This document shows, piece by piece, positions 26,285-33,599 of a stretch of DNA of 39,374 bases. Position numbers and translations under genes: made by a program. Each line of letters opens with the position of its first letter. Within the stretch, counting starts at the first letter, position 1. Origin of the DNA: a virus; IMG/VR virus record IMGVR_UViG_3300011921_000002, positions 1 through 39,374 of that record. One strand, given 5' to 3'. The notes below the pieces were generated by a model. That model was not told the origin of the DNA. It did not search any database and saw nothing but the letters and a program-made list of their open reading frames with translations.

Positions 26285-27346
26285 ATGAGCAAAGCACGAA
26301 ATTTATCGCAGGTGATTGTCGACGCAGGTGGTGACATCAATGCATCATCGCTCGACAATGTGACGCCTGCATCGATCAGCGACAAGACCAACACAAGCAC
26401 TGGCGCATTTGATTTGCCTGCTGGCACTACGGCTGAACGGCCTGCGTCTCCAAGCGCTGGCATGACTCGCATGAACACCACAACTAATGAACCTGAATGG
26501 TATGACACGGTGCTTCAAAAATGGCAACCATTTAAAGATAGAACTTATGAAGTTGAGTTTCTTGTAGTAGGTGGTGGCGGTGGCGGTGGTTACAGATACT
26601 ACGCTGGTGGTGGTGGCGCAGGAGGATATCGTTCTTCTGTTCCAGGAGAGTCTTCTGGCGGAGGTGCTTCAGCAGAATCTTTGCTTGGATTAACTCTTGG
26701 CCAAGCATATTCTGTTGTGGTTGGCGCTGGCGGTGCTGGTAATGGAAACTCTGGTAGCAACTCCCAACTTGGAAATATTGTTTCTTTAGGCGGTGGTGCA
26801 GGTGGGCCTTTATCAACTGGTTCATTAAGCGGAGGAAGTGGTGGCGGCGGTGAATTAGGTAGTCCTTCTGGTTCTGGAACGACTGGACAAGGTTTTGCTG
26901 GTGGCACTCAATCAGGCGCTACTGCTGGTTCTGGTGGTGGTGGCGCATCTCAAGTAGGCCGACAAGGATCTGCTGGAAGCACAACAAGTGGCGGCAACGG
27001 CGTTGCTTCGTCAATTACAGGCACATCAGTTACACGCGCTGGTGGCGGCGCCGGAGCAATGAATGCCAATGCCTCCTATTTTGTTGCTTTAGGCGGAACT
27101 GGTGGCGGAGGAAATGCCGCCGCAGATTACATTGGAGCCGCTGTTCAAGCTGTAGCTGGAGCAACAAACACTGGCAGTGGAGGTGGTGCTGGATGCTGGA
27201 ACAATACGCCAAACGGAGCGTCAGGCGGATCTGGAATTGTTGTTTTGCGTTACCTTGGAGCGCAACGCGGCACTGGTGGAACAGTAACTTCAAGCGGCGG
27301 ATACACAATTCACACATTCACAACCAGTGGAACATACACGGCATAA
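26285..27346 (+). CDS. Second tail-fibre / receptor-binding protein (353 aa), paralogous to the C-terminal module of the first fibre
   Basis: Shares GxFDxPxGTTAERP, the (V/I)xGGGGGG core and the C-terminal RYLGxQRGTGGTVTSxGGYTIHTFTxSGTxTA with 23264..26275. AAGGA lies upstream. Confidence 0.8.
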   Translation: MSKARNLSQVIVDAGGDINASSLDNVTPASISDKTNTSTGAFDLPAGTTAERPASPSAGMTRMNTTTNEPEWYDTVLQKWQPFKDRTYEVEFLVVGGGGGGGYRYYAGGGGAGGYRSSVPGESSGGGASAESLLGLTLGQAYSVVVGAGGAGNGNSGSNSQLGNIVSLGGGAGGPLSTGSLSGGSGGGGELGSPSGSGTTGQGFAGGTQSGATAGSGGGGASQVGRQGSAGSTTSGGNGVASSITGTSVTRAGGGAGAMNANASYFVALGGTGGGGNAAADYIGAAVQAVAGATNTGSGGGAGCWNNTPNGASGGSGIVVLRYLGAQRGTGGTVTSSGGYTIHTFTTSGTYTA

Positions 27347-27358
27347 CAGGAGAAGCAT

Positions 27359-27745
27359 ATGGCACATTTTGCAAAAGTAAACAACGGGATCGTCGAGCAA
27401 GTCATCGTTGCCGATCCAGAATTCTTTGACACCTTTGTCGACTCGAGTCCTGGTCAATGGATTCAAACCTCATACAACACGCGTGGTGGCGTTCACTACG
27501 ACCCAGCGACTGGCGAGCCTTCTGCTGATCAAAGCAAAGCACTGCGCAAGAACTACGCAGGCATTGGTTACAGCTATGACGCAACGCGTGATGCATTCAT
27601 CCCTCCAAAGCCATACGCAAGCTGGTTGTTGAATGACGACACATGCTTGTGGGAAGCGCCTGCACCGTACCCAAATGACGGTGGCCGCTACACATGGAAC
27701 GAATCAACTCAAACATGGGATGCTGTCCCAGATCAACAGCCATAA
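27359..27745 (+). CDS. Conserved phage protein of unknown function (MAHFAKVNNGIV... family)
   Basis: 128 aa. AGGAG lies upstream. The N-terminal MAHFAK-x-NNGIVxQVIV motif is widespread in phage genomes next to fibre genes, as I recall. Confidence 0.6.
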   Translation: MAHFAKVNNGIVEQVIVADPEFFDTFVDSSPGQWIQTSYNTRGGVHYDPATGEPSADQSKALRKNYAGIGYSYDATRDAFIPPKPYASWLLNDDTCLWEAPAPYPNDGGRYTWNESTQTWDAVPDQQP

Positions 27746-27757
27746 AAAGGATGAGTA

Positions 27758-28024
27758 ATGGACCAGACGCTGTTTAACTGGGTGGTAGGTGTTTGCGGAT
27801 TTCTTGGAGGCTGGGTCTTGAAAGTTATCTGGGACGCGATCAAAGAACTCAAGAGCGACATCCGCCAAATCGAGCGTGATCTGCCAGAGGTCTATGTGCG
27901 CAAGGATGATTTCAAAGAAGCAGTTCGCGAAATCAAGCAAGACATGAAGGACGGCTTCAACAAGATCGACAACACGCTGGGCCTGATATTCAAGAAACTC
28001 GAGCACAAGGAAGACAAGGAATAA
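27758..28024 (+). CDS. Holin/antiholin candidate (single N-terminal TM helix, charged coiled C-terminus)
   Basis: 88 aa. WVVGVCGFLGGWVLKVIW is the TM segment. It is the first gene of the lysis cluster. Confidence 0.5.
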   Translation: MDQTLFNWVVGVCGFLGGWVLKVIWDAIKELKSDIRQIERDLPEVYVRKDDFKEAVREIKQDMKDGFNKIDNTLGLIFKKLEHKEDKE

Positions 28025-28341
28025 TGGACCATGTTGACCGATGGAAGAACAGACGACGCATGGCCTGGGCTTCCTTGGTTGCAGGCCTGGTGTTCCCTTT
28101 GCTCTTGCTCGTCACCGACTCTGCTCAACTTGGAAGCGTCGCTGGCGCGTTCTACCTTTTCGTGGGTTCTGTGGTGGGCGCGTATATCGGGTTTTCGACT
28201 GTAGATGACAAGTGGACAAACAATGCTCGACACCAAACTCAAACTGCTGATCAGCGCCGCACTTCTAATCGCAACATTCGCGATGGGATGGACAGCGAAT
28301 GGGTGGCGTCTGAATTCCAAGATCGACCAACTGATCGCTGA
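28024..28341 (+). CDS. Holin candidate (two TM helices)
   Basis: 105 aa. The TM segments are WASLVAGLVFPLLLLV and VAGAFYLFVGSVVGAYIGF. TAATG overlap with the previous gene. The 3' tail overlaps the spanin start. Confidence 0.5.
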   Translation: MDHVDRWKNRRRMAWASLVAGLVFPLLLLVTDSAQLGSVAGAFYLFVGSVVGAYIGFSTVDDKWTNNARHQTQTADQRRTSNRNIRDGMDSEWVASEFQDRPTDR

Positions 28342-28678
28342 TCATGAGCGCCAGGTTGCACAAGCAAACGCAGACGCCCTGGCCAAGTACACAGTTCTCG
28401 AGCGCAAAAAACAGGAGGCCATCGATGAGGCAAACAAAATCGCACAGCGCAATGCTCGTGCCGCTACTGATGCTCGTAACGATCTTGAGCGGTTGCGCAA
28501 CCAAATCGCCAACACCACAAGCAGTGTGTCCACCTCTACCTGCACCTCCGTCCGTGCTCACGCAACAACCCTCTCAACCGTACTCGCAGAATGTGTCGGA
28601 CAGCTTGAAGCGGTGGCAAAAGATGCTGATGGACACGCCCTTGATTCAAGAGCGTTAAACGGGGCTTGGCCGCGATGA
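28223..28678 (+). CDS. Rz: i-spanin (Rz-like)
   Basis: N-terminal TM helix (LKLLISAALLIATFAMGW), then a coiled-coil periplasmic domain. It contains the o-spanin gene in another frame. The alternative ATG at 28205 is possible. Confidence 0.7.
   Translation: MLDTKLKLLISAALLIATFAMGWTANGWRLNSKIDQLIADHERQVAQANADALAKYTVLERKKQEAIDEANKIAQRNARAATDARNDLERLRNQIANTTSSVSTSTCTSVRAHATTLSTVLAECVGQLEAVAKDADGHALDSRALNGAWPR
28425..28658 (+). CDS. Rz1: o-spanin (Rz1-like lipoprotein), fully embedded in the i-spanin gene in the +1 frame
   Basis: AGGAGG (28413-28418) lies 6 nt before the ATG. Sequence is MRQTKSHSAMLVPLLMLVTILSGC, with an LSGC lipobox followed by a Pro-rich mature part. Confidence 0.8.
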   Translation: MRQTKSHSAMLVPLLMLVTILSGCATKSPTPQAVCPPLPAPPSVLTQQPSQPYSQNVSDSLKRWQKMLMDTPLIQER

Positions 28679-29130
28679 ACGGGTTCAGACTATCTCAGCG
28701 TAGCATCGAGCGATTGGACGGCGTAGACGACCGCCTAGTCGATGTGGTGTGCCGTGCCATCGAGATCACGACCGTCGACTTTGCAGTGACCGAAGGGTTG
28801 CGCACCGTCGAGACTCAGCGCAAATATGTTGAGGCTGGCAAAAGCCAAACCATGGAGTCAAAGCATTTGACCGGTGAGGCTGTGGACCTGGTGGCGTATA
28901 TCAATGGCCAGGTGTCCTGGGAACTGAATCTGTACGACAACATCGCCGATGCGATCAAGCAGGCCGCGATTGAAAAGAATGTAGCAATACGCTGGGGCGC
29001 CGCGTGGAATGTGCCGGACATCCGGCTTTGGCGCGGCACGATGGAAGAGGCCATGGTCTACTACATCGACACCCGGCGCAAGCAAAACAAAAGGCCGTTC
29101 ATTGACGGCCCGCATTTTGAACTGGTTTGA
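28675..29130 (+). CDS. Endolysin, L-alanyl-D-glutamate peptidase type (peptidase M15/VanY-like)
   Basis: SKHLTGEAVDL and DGPHFEL supply the zinc-ligand H..D...H pattern. ATGA overlap with the Rz stop. Confidence 0.85.
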   Translation: MNGFRLSQRSIERLDGVDDRLVDVVCRAIEITTVDFAVTEGLRTVETQRKYVEAGKSQTMESKHLTGEAVDLVAYINGQVSWELNLYDNIADAIKQAAIEKNVAIRWGAAWNVPDIRLWRGTMEEAMVYYIDTRRKQNKRPFIDGPHFELV

Positions 29131-29183
29131 GTTGTCTCCATCCCGTCTGGCATAAGCAGTTGCCTACTCCTTCACGACGGTTA

Positions 29184-29216
29184 GCCCCAGGGTTTCATTC
29201 CCCTGGGGTTTTTTTT
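29184..29216 (+). terminator. Rho-independent terminator ending the late operon (convergence point of both transcription units)
   Basis: CCCCAGGG (29185-29192) and CCCTGGGG (29201-29208) form a perfect 8-bp stem. A T8 run follows at 29209-29216. Confidence 0.85.
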
Positions 29217-29494
29217 CACCTGGGTGCGCATGTGACATCGATGACGATGTCGGCTGAGTACCCGTTGACCTTTCGTTTTCCATACATCATGACGGCGCGA
29301 AGGCCTGTTGACTCACACTCACGAACCGCAGTGATGACTTCGTTGCGGCTCATCGAGTGAATCTGTTTATCAAGAATCAACTCCTGCTCGACTGGTGTGG
29401 GTGGCATCGGCTTGTTGCTCGAGCACCCACTGATCCAGCCAAGGGAGCAGACAATCAGGATTGTGATCATTCTGGTCCTCATGGCTTTCCTCAT
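29216..29494 (-). CDS. Lipoprotein (candidate superinfection-exclusion/moron protein)
   Basis: MRKAMRTRMITILIVCSLGWISGC is a signal peptide with an ISGC lipobox. It is the last gene of the leftward unit. The internal ATG at 29482 is also possible. Confidence 0.7.
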   Translation of the reverse strand: MRKAMRTRMITILIVCSLGWISGCSSNKPMPPTPVEQELILDKQIHSMSRNEVITAVRECESTGLRAVMMYGKRKVNGYSADIVIDVTCAPR

Positions 29495-29688
29495 TTATTG
29501 TCGGTTGTGAATCGATTGCTTTTCTCGAAAGCCTCGACATCGTCGATGCGGTACCGCACCTCGCTGTTTCGACCATCGCCCAGTTTGATGTAGGCCGGTC
29601 CGATGTTGGCCACCCGCCACTTGCGCAGGGTGTTATCGGCGACCTTCCATCGCTCGCACAATTGTTTAGGCGTCAGCAGTTGGGACAT
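29491..29688 (-). CDS. Xis/AlpA-like (MerR-superfamily) helix-turn-helix protein
   Basis: MSQLLTPKQLCERWKVADNTLRKWRVANIGPAYIKLG..VRYRIDDVEAFE matches the excisionase-type HTH pattern. The start was chosen at the internal ATG (the track ORF runs to 29739). Confidence 0.65.
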   Translation of the reverse strand: MSQLLTPKQLCERWKVADNTLRKWRVANIGPAYIKLGDGRNSEVRYRIDDVEAFEKSNRFTTDNK

Positions 29689-30514
29689 TGGCCACCTCCG
29701 CTTGTGTGATCTCGCCAGTTGCCTGGTCAATGACATCATCCGCTGGCTGGCCCATAGAGGCCTTCAGGCGGCTCAAAGGGGCTTGTTGGGCCTCTGGTAC
29801 CGGCGTGATGTTTACGGCCTCTCTGCGCTCCACCTGGACGAATCCTGATGCCTCATTGTCGTTGGCGATAACCTGGTCCAGATCTGCGCTTGATGGCAGG
29901 CGCTTGGCCATGCGACGAATCACAGTCTTCTTGGCCATCTCATCCCACCAGTCAACCCATGGGCCGAACTTGCCTGCGCGGCTGGCGGCTCGCACTTTCT
30001 CGACATCGGAAACGCTCATCACCTCGCGGTAGATTGCGCCGTCCTTGGTCTTGGCCACAGCGTACACAGCGATTGGCTTGCCTCGATCCTCGCCCAGGAA
30101 TGGACGGTGAACGATGTTCTCGTTGTCGCCCAGTTCGTATTCGAAGTGGTCCTTGTCGTACGCCACTTGTGCGCTGATGCTGGACAGTTCGCCTGAGTTG
30201 CGGATCTTCTTCAAGATGCCGCCGACCATTGGCATGTATTGGACCTTCTTGCCTTCTTTGGTGTTGAAGATCACGGGCGCGGCTTCGCGGCCATCCAACA
30301 GCAGGCCATCTTGTGCGGCCTTCATGCACGCGCCCAACAGTGAGCGACGATCGGCGCCCAGCAGGTCTGGGTTCATTTGCACTGCGGTGAGTGTGGTGCG
30401 GATGAACTTCTCGACCGGGATCTGCGGTGGCAGTGCGGCCTGGAATTCTGGTTGCATTCTCACCAAGGTGCCACGCATTGCTTCGATGGGGCTGAGTTCG
30501 GTTCCTGTAGTCAT
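29666..30514 (-). CDS. recT: RecT-family single-strand annealing protein
   Basis: 282 aa. The segments FIRTTLTAVQMNPDLL..CMKAAQDGLLLDG..YMPMVGG..ISAQVAYDKDHFEY..FGPWVDWWDEMAKKTVIRRMAKRLP are typical of RecT. Confidence 0.9.
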   Translation of the reverse strand: MTTGTELSPIEAMRGTLVRMQPEFQAALPPQIPVEKFIRTTLTAVQMNPDLLGADRRSLLGACMKAAQDGLLLDGREAAPVIFNTKEGKKVQYMPMVGGILKKIRNSGELSSISAQVAYDKDHFEYELGDNENIVHRPFLGEDRGKPIAVYAVAKTKDGAIYREVMSVSDVEKVRAASRAGKFGPWVDWWDEMAKKTVIRRMAKRLPSSADLDQVIANDNEASGFVQVERREAVNITPVPEAQQAPLSRLKASMGQPADDVIDQATGEITQAEVANVPTADA

Positions 30515-30738
30515 GCTTGTGCTCCTTCAAGTTTGAGTTGGTCTTGCTCGGGGATCGTGCTGGCCACCTCGAGTTTGATGCCGTTGCTCATGAGCGTGGC
30601 GACATCGATGGGCCTGGCGGCTTCGACCTGGTACATGCGGCCTGCAATGTGGCGCAGTGCTTGTGCCTGGCTGATGGCCTGGACCAGGTAGGCTTTGTCA
30701 TTGCTGACGACTTTGTAAATGCGTTGCTCGGTTGCCAT
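30511..30738 (-). CDS. Hypothetical protein between exonuclease and RecT
   Basis: 75 aa. It fills the gap and overlaps the recT start by 4 nt. Confidence 0.5.
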   Translation of the reverse strand: MATEQRIYKVVSNDKAYLVQAISQAQALRHIAGRMYQVEAARPIDVATLMSNGIKLEVASTIPEQDQLKLEGAQA

Positions 30739-30741
30739 GGT

Positions 30742-31692
30742 TTACTTCTCCTTCTTGGGATAAAAACGGAAACTGCGGTAGCCCTCGGTTGCACCGATGA
30801 CTGTGCCGACCATCTCAGGCGTGATGAGAGTGCCTGATCGGCCTTTGACTTGCCCCGTCGATAGCGAGCCAAAACTGGTGAGAACTTTGCTGGCGCGGCC
30901 AATGCGCTCCAGGATCTCTGCACGCTTTTGGTCCTTGATCTTTTCCAGATCGCTGGCCTCTTTGCGCACGAATTCAAACTGCTTGATCATGTCCTCGAGT
31001 TCACGGTCAGCCTCAGCCACCAAACCCTCGTCTGCGCCGTTGCGCAACTGCTTGATGATGAACTCAGCGTCGCGTGTGTAATCGGCTGATGGCGCGGTGT
31101 TGGACTGCACGCGATTCCAGAACTCGCTGGTGCGTTCGCGTATACTTTTGCCAATGTCCCGATCGCGATTTCGGAGGACTATCTTTTGCTCGTTGCCACC
31201 GACAAGCGCCACGATCGCGCACCAGTCGTAATCGGCAATTTCCATTTGATGCTGGACCTGCAACTCGATGTGCTCGGGCGCCTCGATGTTGCCGTTGCCG
31301 TCGTCGATCCATGACTTCTGATACTGCACCCAGTCGACATTCTTGACCTCGAGAATGCCTGGGCCATTGGCGCTGGACTTGATCTCAAAGTCAAAGCTGG
31401 ACCCGATGCGTGCGGCCTGGTCGCGCATGTACACATTGAACTTGGCAATGTTCCAGCCCATGTCCTCGGCGGCGCCGTGCGCGATGGCCGACTCCAAGCG
31501 GTTGCCCCACTTCATGCGCTCGTTGGGTTCAAACTTGACGGTCACGCCGTCGCGCTTTTGGTGAAACAGTTCGAACTCGGTCAGGTAAGGCGACAAGCCA
31601 AACAAGGCCGACACCTCGGTGCTGGTCACATCTTTGGCCCGCTCGGCAAGCCACTGCTTTTCACTCTCAATTTCGATTCTCTGAATAGTCAT
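30742..31692 (-). CDS. YqaJ/lambda-Exo-like recombination exonuclease (PD-(D/E)XK)
   Basis: 316 aa. The N-terminus EKQWLAERAKDVTSTEVSALFGLSPYLTEFELFHQK is the YqaJ signature. It is paired with recT. Confidence 0.85.
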   Translation of the reverse strand: MTIQRIEIESEKQWLAERAKDVTSTEVSALFGLSPYLTEFELFHQKRDGVTVKFEPNERMKWGNRLESAIAHGAAEDMGWNIAKFNVYMRDQAARIGSSFDFEIKSSANGPGILEVKNVDWVQYQKSWIDDGNGNIEAPEHIELQVQHQMEIADYDWCAIVALVGGNEQKIVLRNRDRDIGKSIRERTSEFWNRVQSNTAPSADYTRDAEFIIKQLRNGADEGLVAEADRELEDMIKQFEFVRKEASDLEKIKDQKRAEILERIGRASKVLTSFGSLSTGQVKGRSGTLITPEMVGTVIGATEGYRSFRFYPKKEK

Positions 31693-31955
31693 CAGTCATT
31701 CTCCATGTGGTCATAAATCAATTCCTGGATCGCGTCCTCATCTCGCGCTGTAAGTTTTTTCTCAAGCCACTTGGCGCGGTAGCCTTTGCGGTCCAGGATC
31801 TCAAAGTCCCCGGACCCACCCTCTGCCGGGTAGCAGTTCTCTGGTGGGCCGGAGGTATACGCGGGTGTGTAGCCCTCGTAATCGGTGACGCCGATGATGC
31901 AAGGGATGCCGCAAACGCGGTGCTCGATCTCGGCGATGTAGTTGTTGCGCTTCAC
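31692..31955 (-). CDS. Hypothetical early protein (GTG start)
   Basis: 87 aa. GTGA overlap with the upstream gene and ATGA overlap with the exonuclease gene. Confidence 0.5.
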   Translation of the reverse strand: MKRNNYIAEIEHRVCGIPCIIGVTDYEGYTPAYTSGPPENCYPAEGGSGDFEILDRKGYRAKWLEKKLTARDEDAIQELIYDHMEND

Positions 31956-32131
31956 AGCAACACCCGCAATTCTTCAGCTTCCTCGCTGGTTGAAAAGCAT
32001 GTGATCACAACTTCGTGGCCACTGGCGTCGGTGATGGTGATGTCTCGCGTGTACAGCGGAGTGTTGCCATTGATCTCGCGAACTTCGCTGATGACGATTG
32101 ACTTGGTGTTGTGGATGCTGATGTCTGCCAT
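31952..32131 (-). CDS. Hypothetical early protein (59 aa, below the ORF-track cutoff)
   Basis: My own translation: MADISIHNTKSIVISEVREINGNTPLYTRDITITDASGHEVVITCFSTSEEAEELRVLL. AAGGAG lies 6 nt before the ATG. Confidence 0.55.
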   Translation of the reverse strand: MADISIHNTKSIVISEVREINGNTPLYTRDITITDASGHEVVITCFSTSEEAEELRVLL

Positions 32132-32167
32132 TTGTATCTCCTTGTGGTGATGTGTTGAAATTCTACT

Positions 32168-32395
32168 CTATTTCGTTGACGCTGTGTCAACAACTTTCGA
32201 TTCCCAGTACGGATCAAAGGCGAACGGCGCCTCAACCGTTGGACGGCCATCGATGTTTGATTTGAAGATTGAGCGCGACTGGTTTGGGTACTTGGCCAAG
32301 ATTTCCATGGACTCATACGACACCGGGAAATACAAGTCCGACTGCCAGTTGCTGACCTCGATGCCAGCCTCGACCAGGTCCGTGTATAGGCTCAT
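32168..32395 (-). CDS. Hypothetical early protein
   Basis: The start was chosen at MSLYTDL (GGAG upstream). The track ORF extends to 32407. Confidence 0.5.
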   Translation of the reverse strand: MSLYTDLVEAGIEVSNWQSDLYFPVSYESMEILAKYPNQSRSIFKSNIDGRPTVEAPFAFDPYWESKVVDTASTK

Positions 32396-32676
32396 GATTT
32401 GCTCCATTGGTTTTCAACGATGTCGCCTGCCGCGATCCAAAGGATGCGCTGGATGTTTTGCTCGTGGTCGTCCAACTCCTGCTCATCCCAGGCGCCGTAC
32501 TCGGCCAACTCTTTGCGCAATGCGGCTGGATCGATGCGCTCCAACTGGCGGCGAATCTTGCGGTTGTTGGACAAAGCCAGGACATCGGCGTCGCATTGGC
32601 CCTGGTGTGATGCTGACTGAGCCTGGGCCATAGTCATCTCGATCTCGATCGTGCCGTGTGAGGATGTAAACCACAT
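32392..32676 (-). CDS. Hypothetical early protein
   Basis: 94 aa, acidic, coupled to its neighbours. Confidence 0.5.
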   Translation of the reverse strand: MWFTSSHGTIEIEMTMAQAQSASHQGQCDADVLALSNNRKIRRQLERIDPAALRKELAEYGAWDEQELDDHEQNIQRILWIAAGDIVENQWSKS

Positions 32677-32678
32677 GA

Positions 32679-32921
32679 TCAGCCCCCCACTTTAATGAAC
32701 TCAATCTTGCCCAGGGCTTTTGCGGCCCGTAGCAGGCGGCTTTGCTCGGCGGGTAGGCAGATGCCTTCCTCGATCAAGCGGCTGGCCTGACGGCCAAACC
32801 AGCCTTGCAGTTGCCAGGCCAGGCCTGTGTCAATCAATGTCTGCCAAGCCTCGATGACTTGGTCCTCTGAGTCGGCCTCGATAAAGCCTTCTGCGATGCC
32901 GGTTGCTGTGTATGAATCCAT
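32679..32921 (-). CDS. Hypothetical early protein
   Basis: 80 aa from MDSYTATG, with AAGGAG 6 nt upstream. The track ORF has a junk-like N-terminal extension. Confidence 0.55.
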   Translation of the reverse strand: MDSYTATGIAEGFIEADSEDQVIEAWQTLIDTGLAWQLQGWFGRQASRLIEEGICLPAEQSRLLRAAKALGKIEFIKVGG

Positions 32922-32931
32922 GGTGATCTCC

Positions 32932-33081
32932 TTAAAATGGTGCGTCTGGTAGGGTGCTGATGTCGAACTTGGGCTTGCGGTAACGGGGCACTTTGCGCGT
33001 GATGTGCGGGTAGGACGGCTTGTCCCAGACCCAGCGCACCACGGCGCCCTCGTCATCAAGAATGCCGTACTGGGTTAACAT
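32932..33081 (-). CDS. Short ORF (49 aa), possibly the frameshifted continuation of 33056..33280
   Basis: MLTQYGILDDEGAVVRWVWDK... There is no SD, and its ATG uses the last A of an A8 run. Confidence 0.35.
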   Translation of the reverse strand: MLTQYGILDDEGAVVRWVWDKPSYPHITRKVPRYRKPKFDISTLPDAPF

Positions 33082-33280
33082 TTTTTTTGTTGATAACGCA
33101 GTTGAGACGGGTGCCTTGCTCGGCGTCTTTGAGGGTGTCAAACCCACGCACGCCACAGTCGCGCTCGTCGTCAAAAACAAAGTCGTTGTCCAAGGTGACG
33201 ATGATGCTGTTGCCATCGGCACGCTCGTCATCAATGTGTGCCACCCACAAACGGTTTGCAATTTTGGTAATGGTGCTCAT
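33056..33280 (-). CDS. Hypothetical early protein (74 aa)
   Basis: AGGAGG lies 6 nt before ATG 33280. Sequence begins MSTITKIANRLWVAHIDDERADGNSIIVTLDNDF... Confidence 0.55.
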   Translation of the reverse strand: MSTITKIANRLWVAHIDDERADGNSIIVTLDNDFVFDDERDCGVRGFDTLKDAEQGTRLNCVINKKNVNPVRHS

Positions 33281-33293
33281 GTCGGCCTCCTGA

Positions 33294-33587
33294 TTAGCGT
33301 GCGGTTGTCTTGATGCTGAACACAGCGGTGGTGCTGGTGTACGACGCGATGATGTCGGCAGAGATGCCCTGTTCCTTGGCCAACTTTTTCCAGTCGGTGA
33401 CAGCGCGGTCAGCCTCGACATAGGTCGACTTGAACAGGGCGCCTTCGAATACTGTGGGACCGCCGTTGCTGGCCAGGTCTTTCATGGCATCCTTGAGGGC
33501 GTCGGCTTGCTTGGTGAGCGTGGCGATCTGGGCGAGCAGTGTGCCGAGTTCGTCAGCAGAAGCGGGTGTGGTGTTGATTGCAGTCAT
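33294..33587 (-). CDS. First gene of the leftward early unit, hypothetical coiled protein
   Basis: The start was chosen at MTAINTT (GGAGAG 5 nt upstream). The track ORF begins at 33599. Confidence 0.55.
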   Translation of the reverse strand: MTAINTTPASADELGTLLAQIATLTKQADALKDAMKDLASNGGPTVFEGALFKSTYVEADRAVTDWKKLAKEQGISADIIASYTSTTAVFSIKTTAR

Positions 33588-33599
33588 GATTCTCTCCAT

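Noticed and set aside
23264-27346. Possible BPP-1-style diversity-generating retroelement acting on the fibre C-termini
   Set aside because: No reverse transcriptase ORF exists anywhere in the genome. The two similar C-terminal segments differ mainly at synonymous third positions of all base types, not at adenines. I saw no non-coding template repeat.
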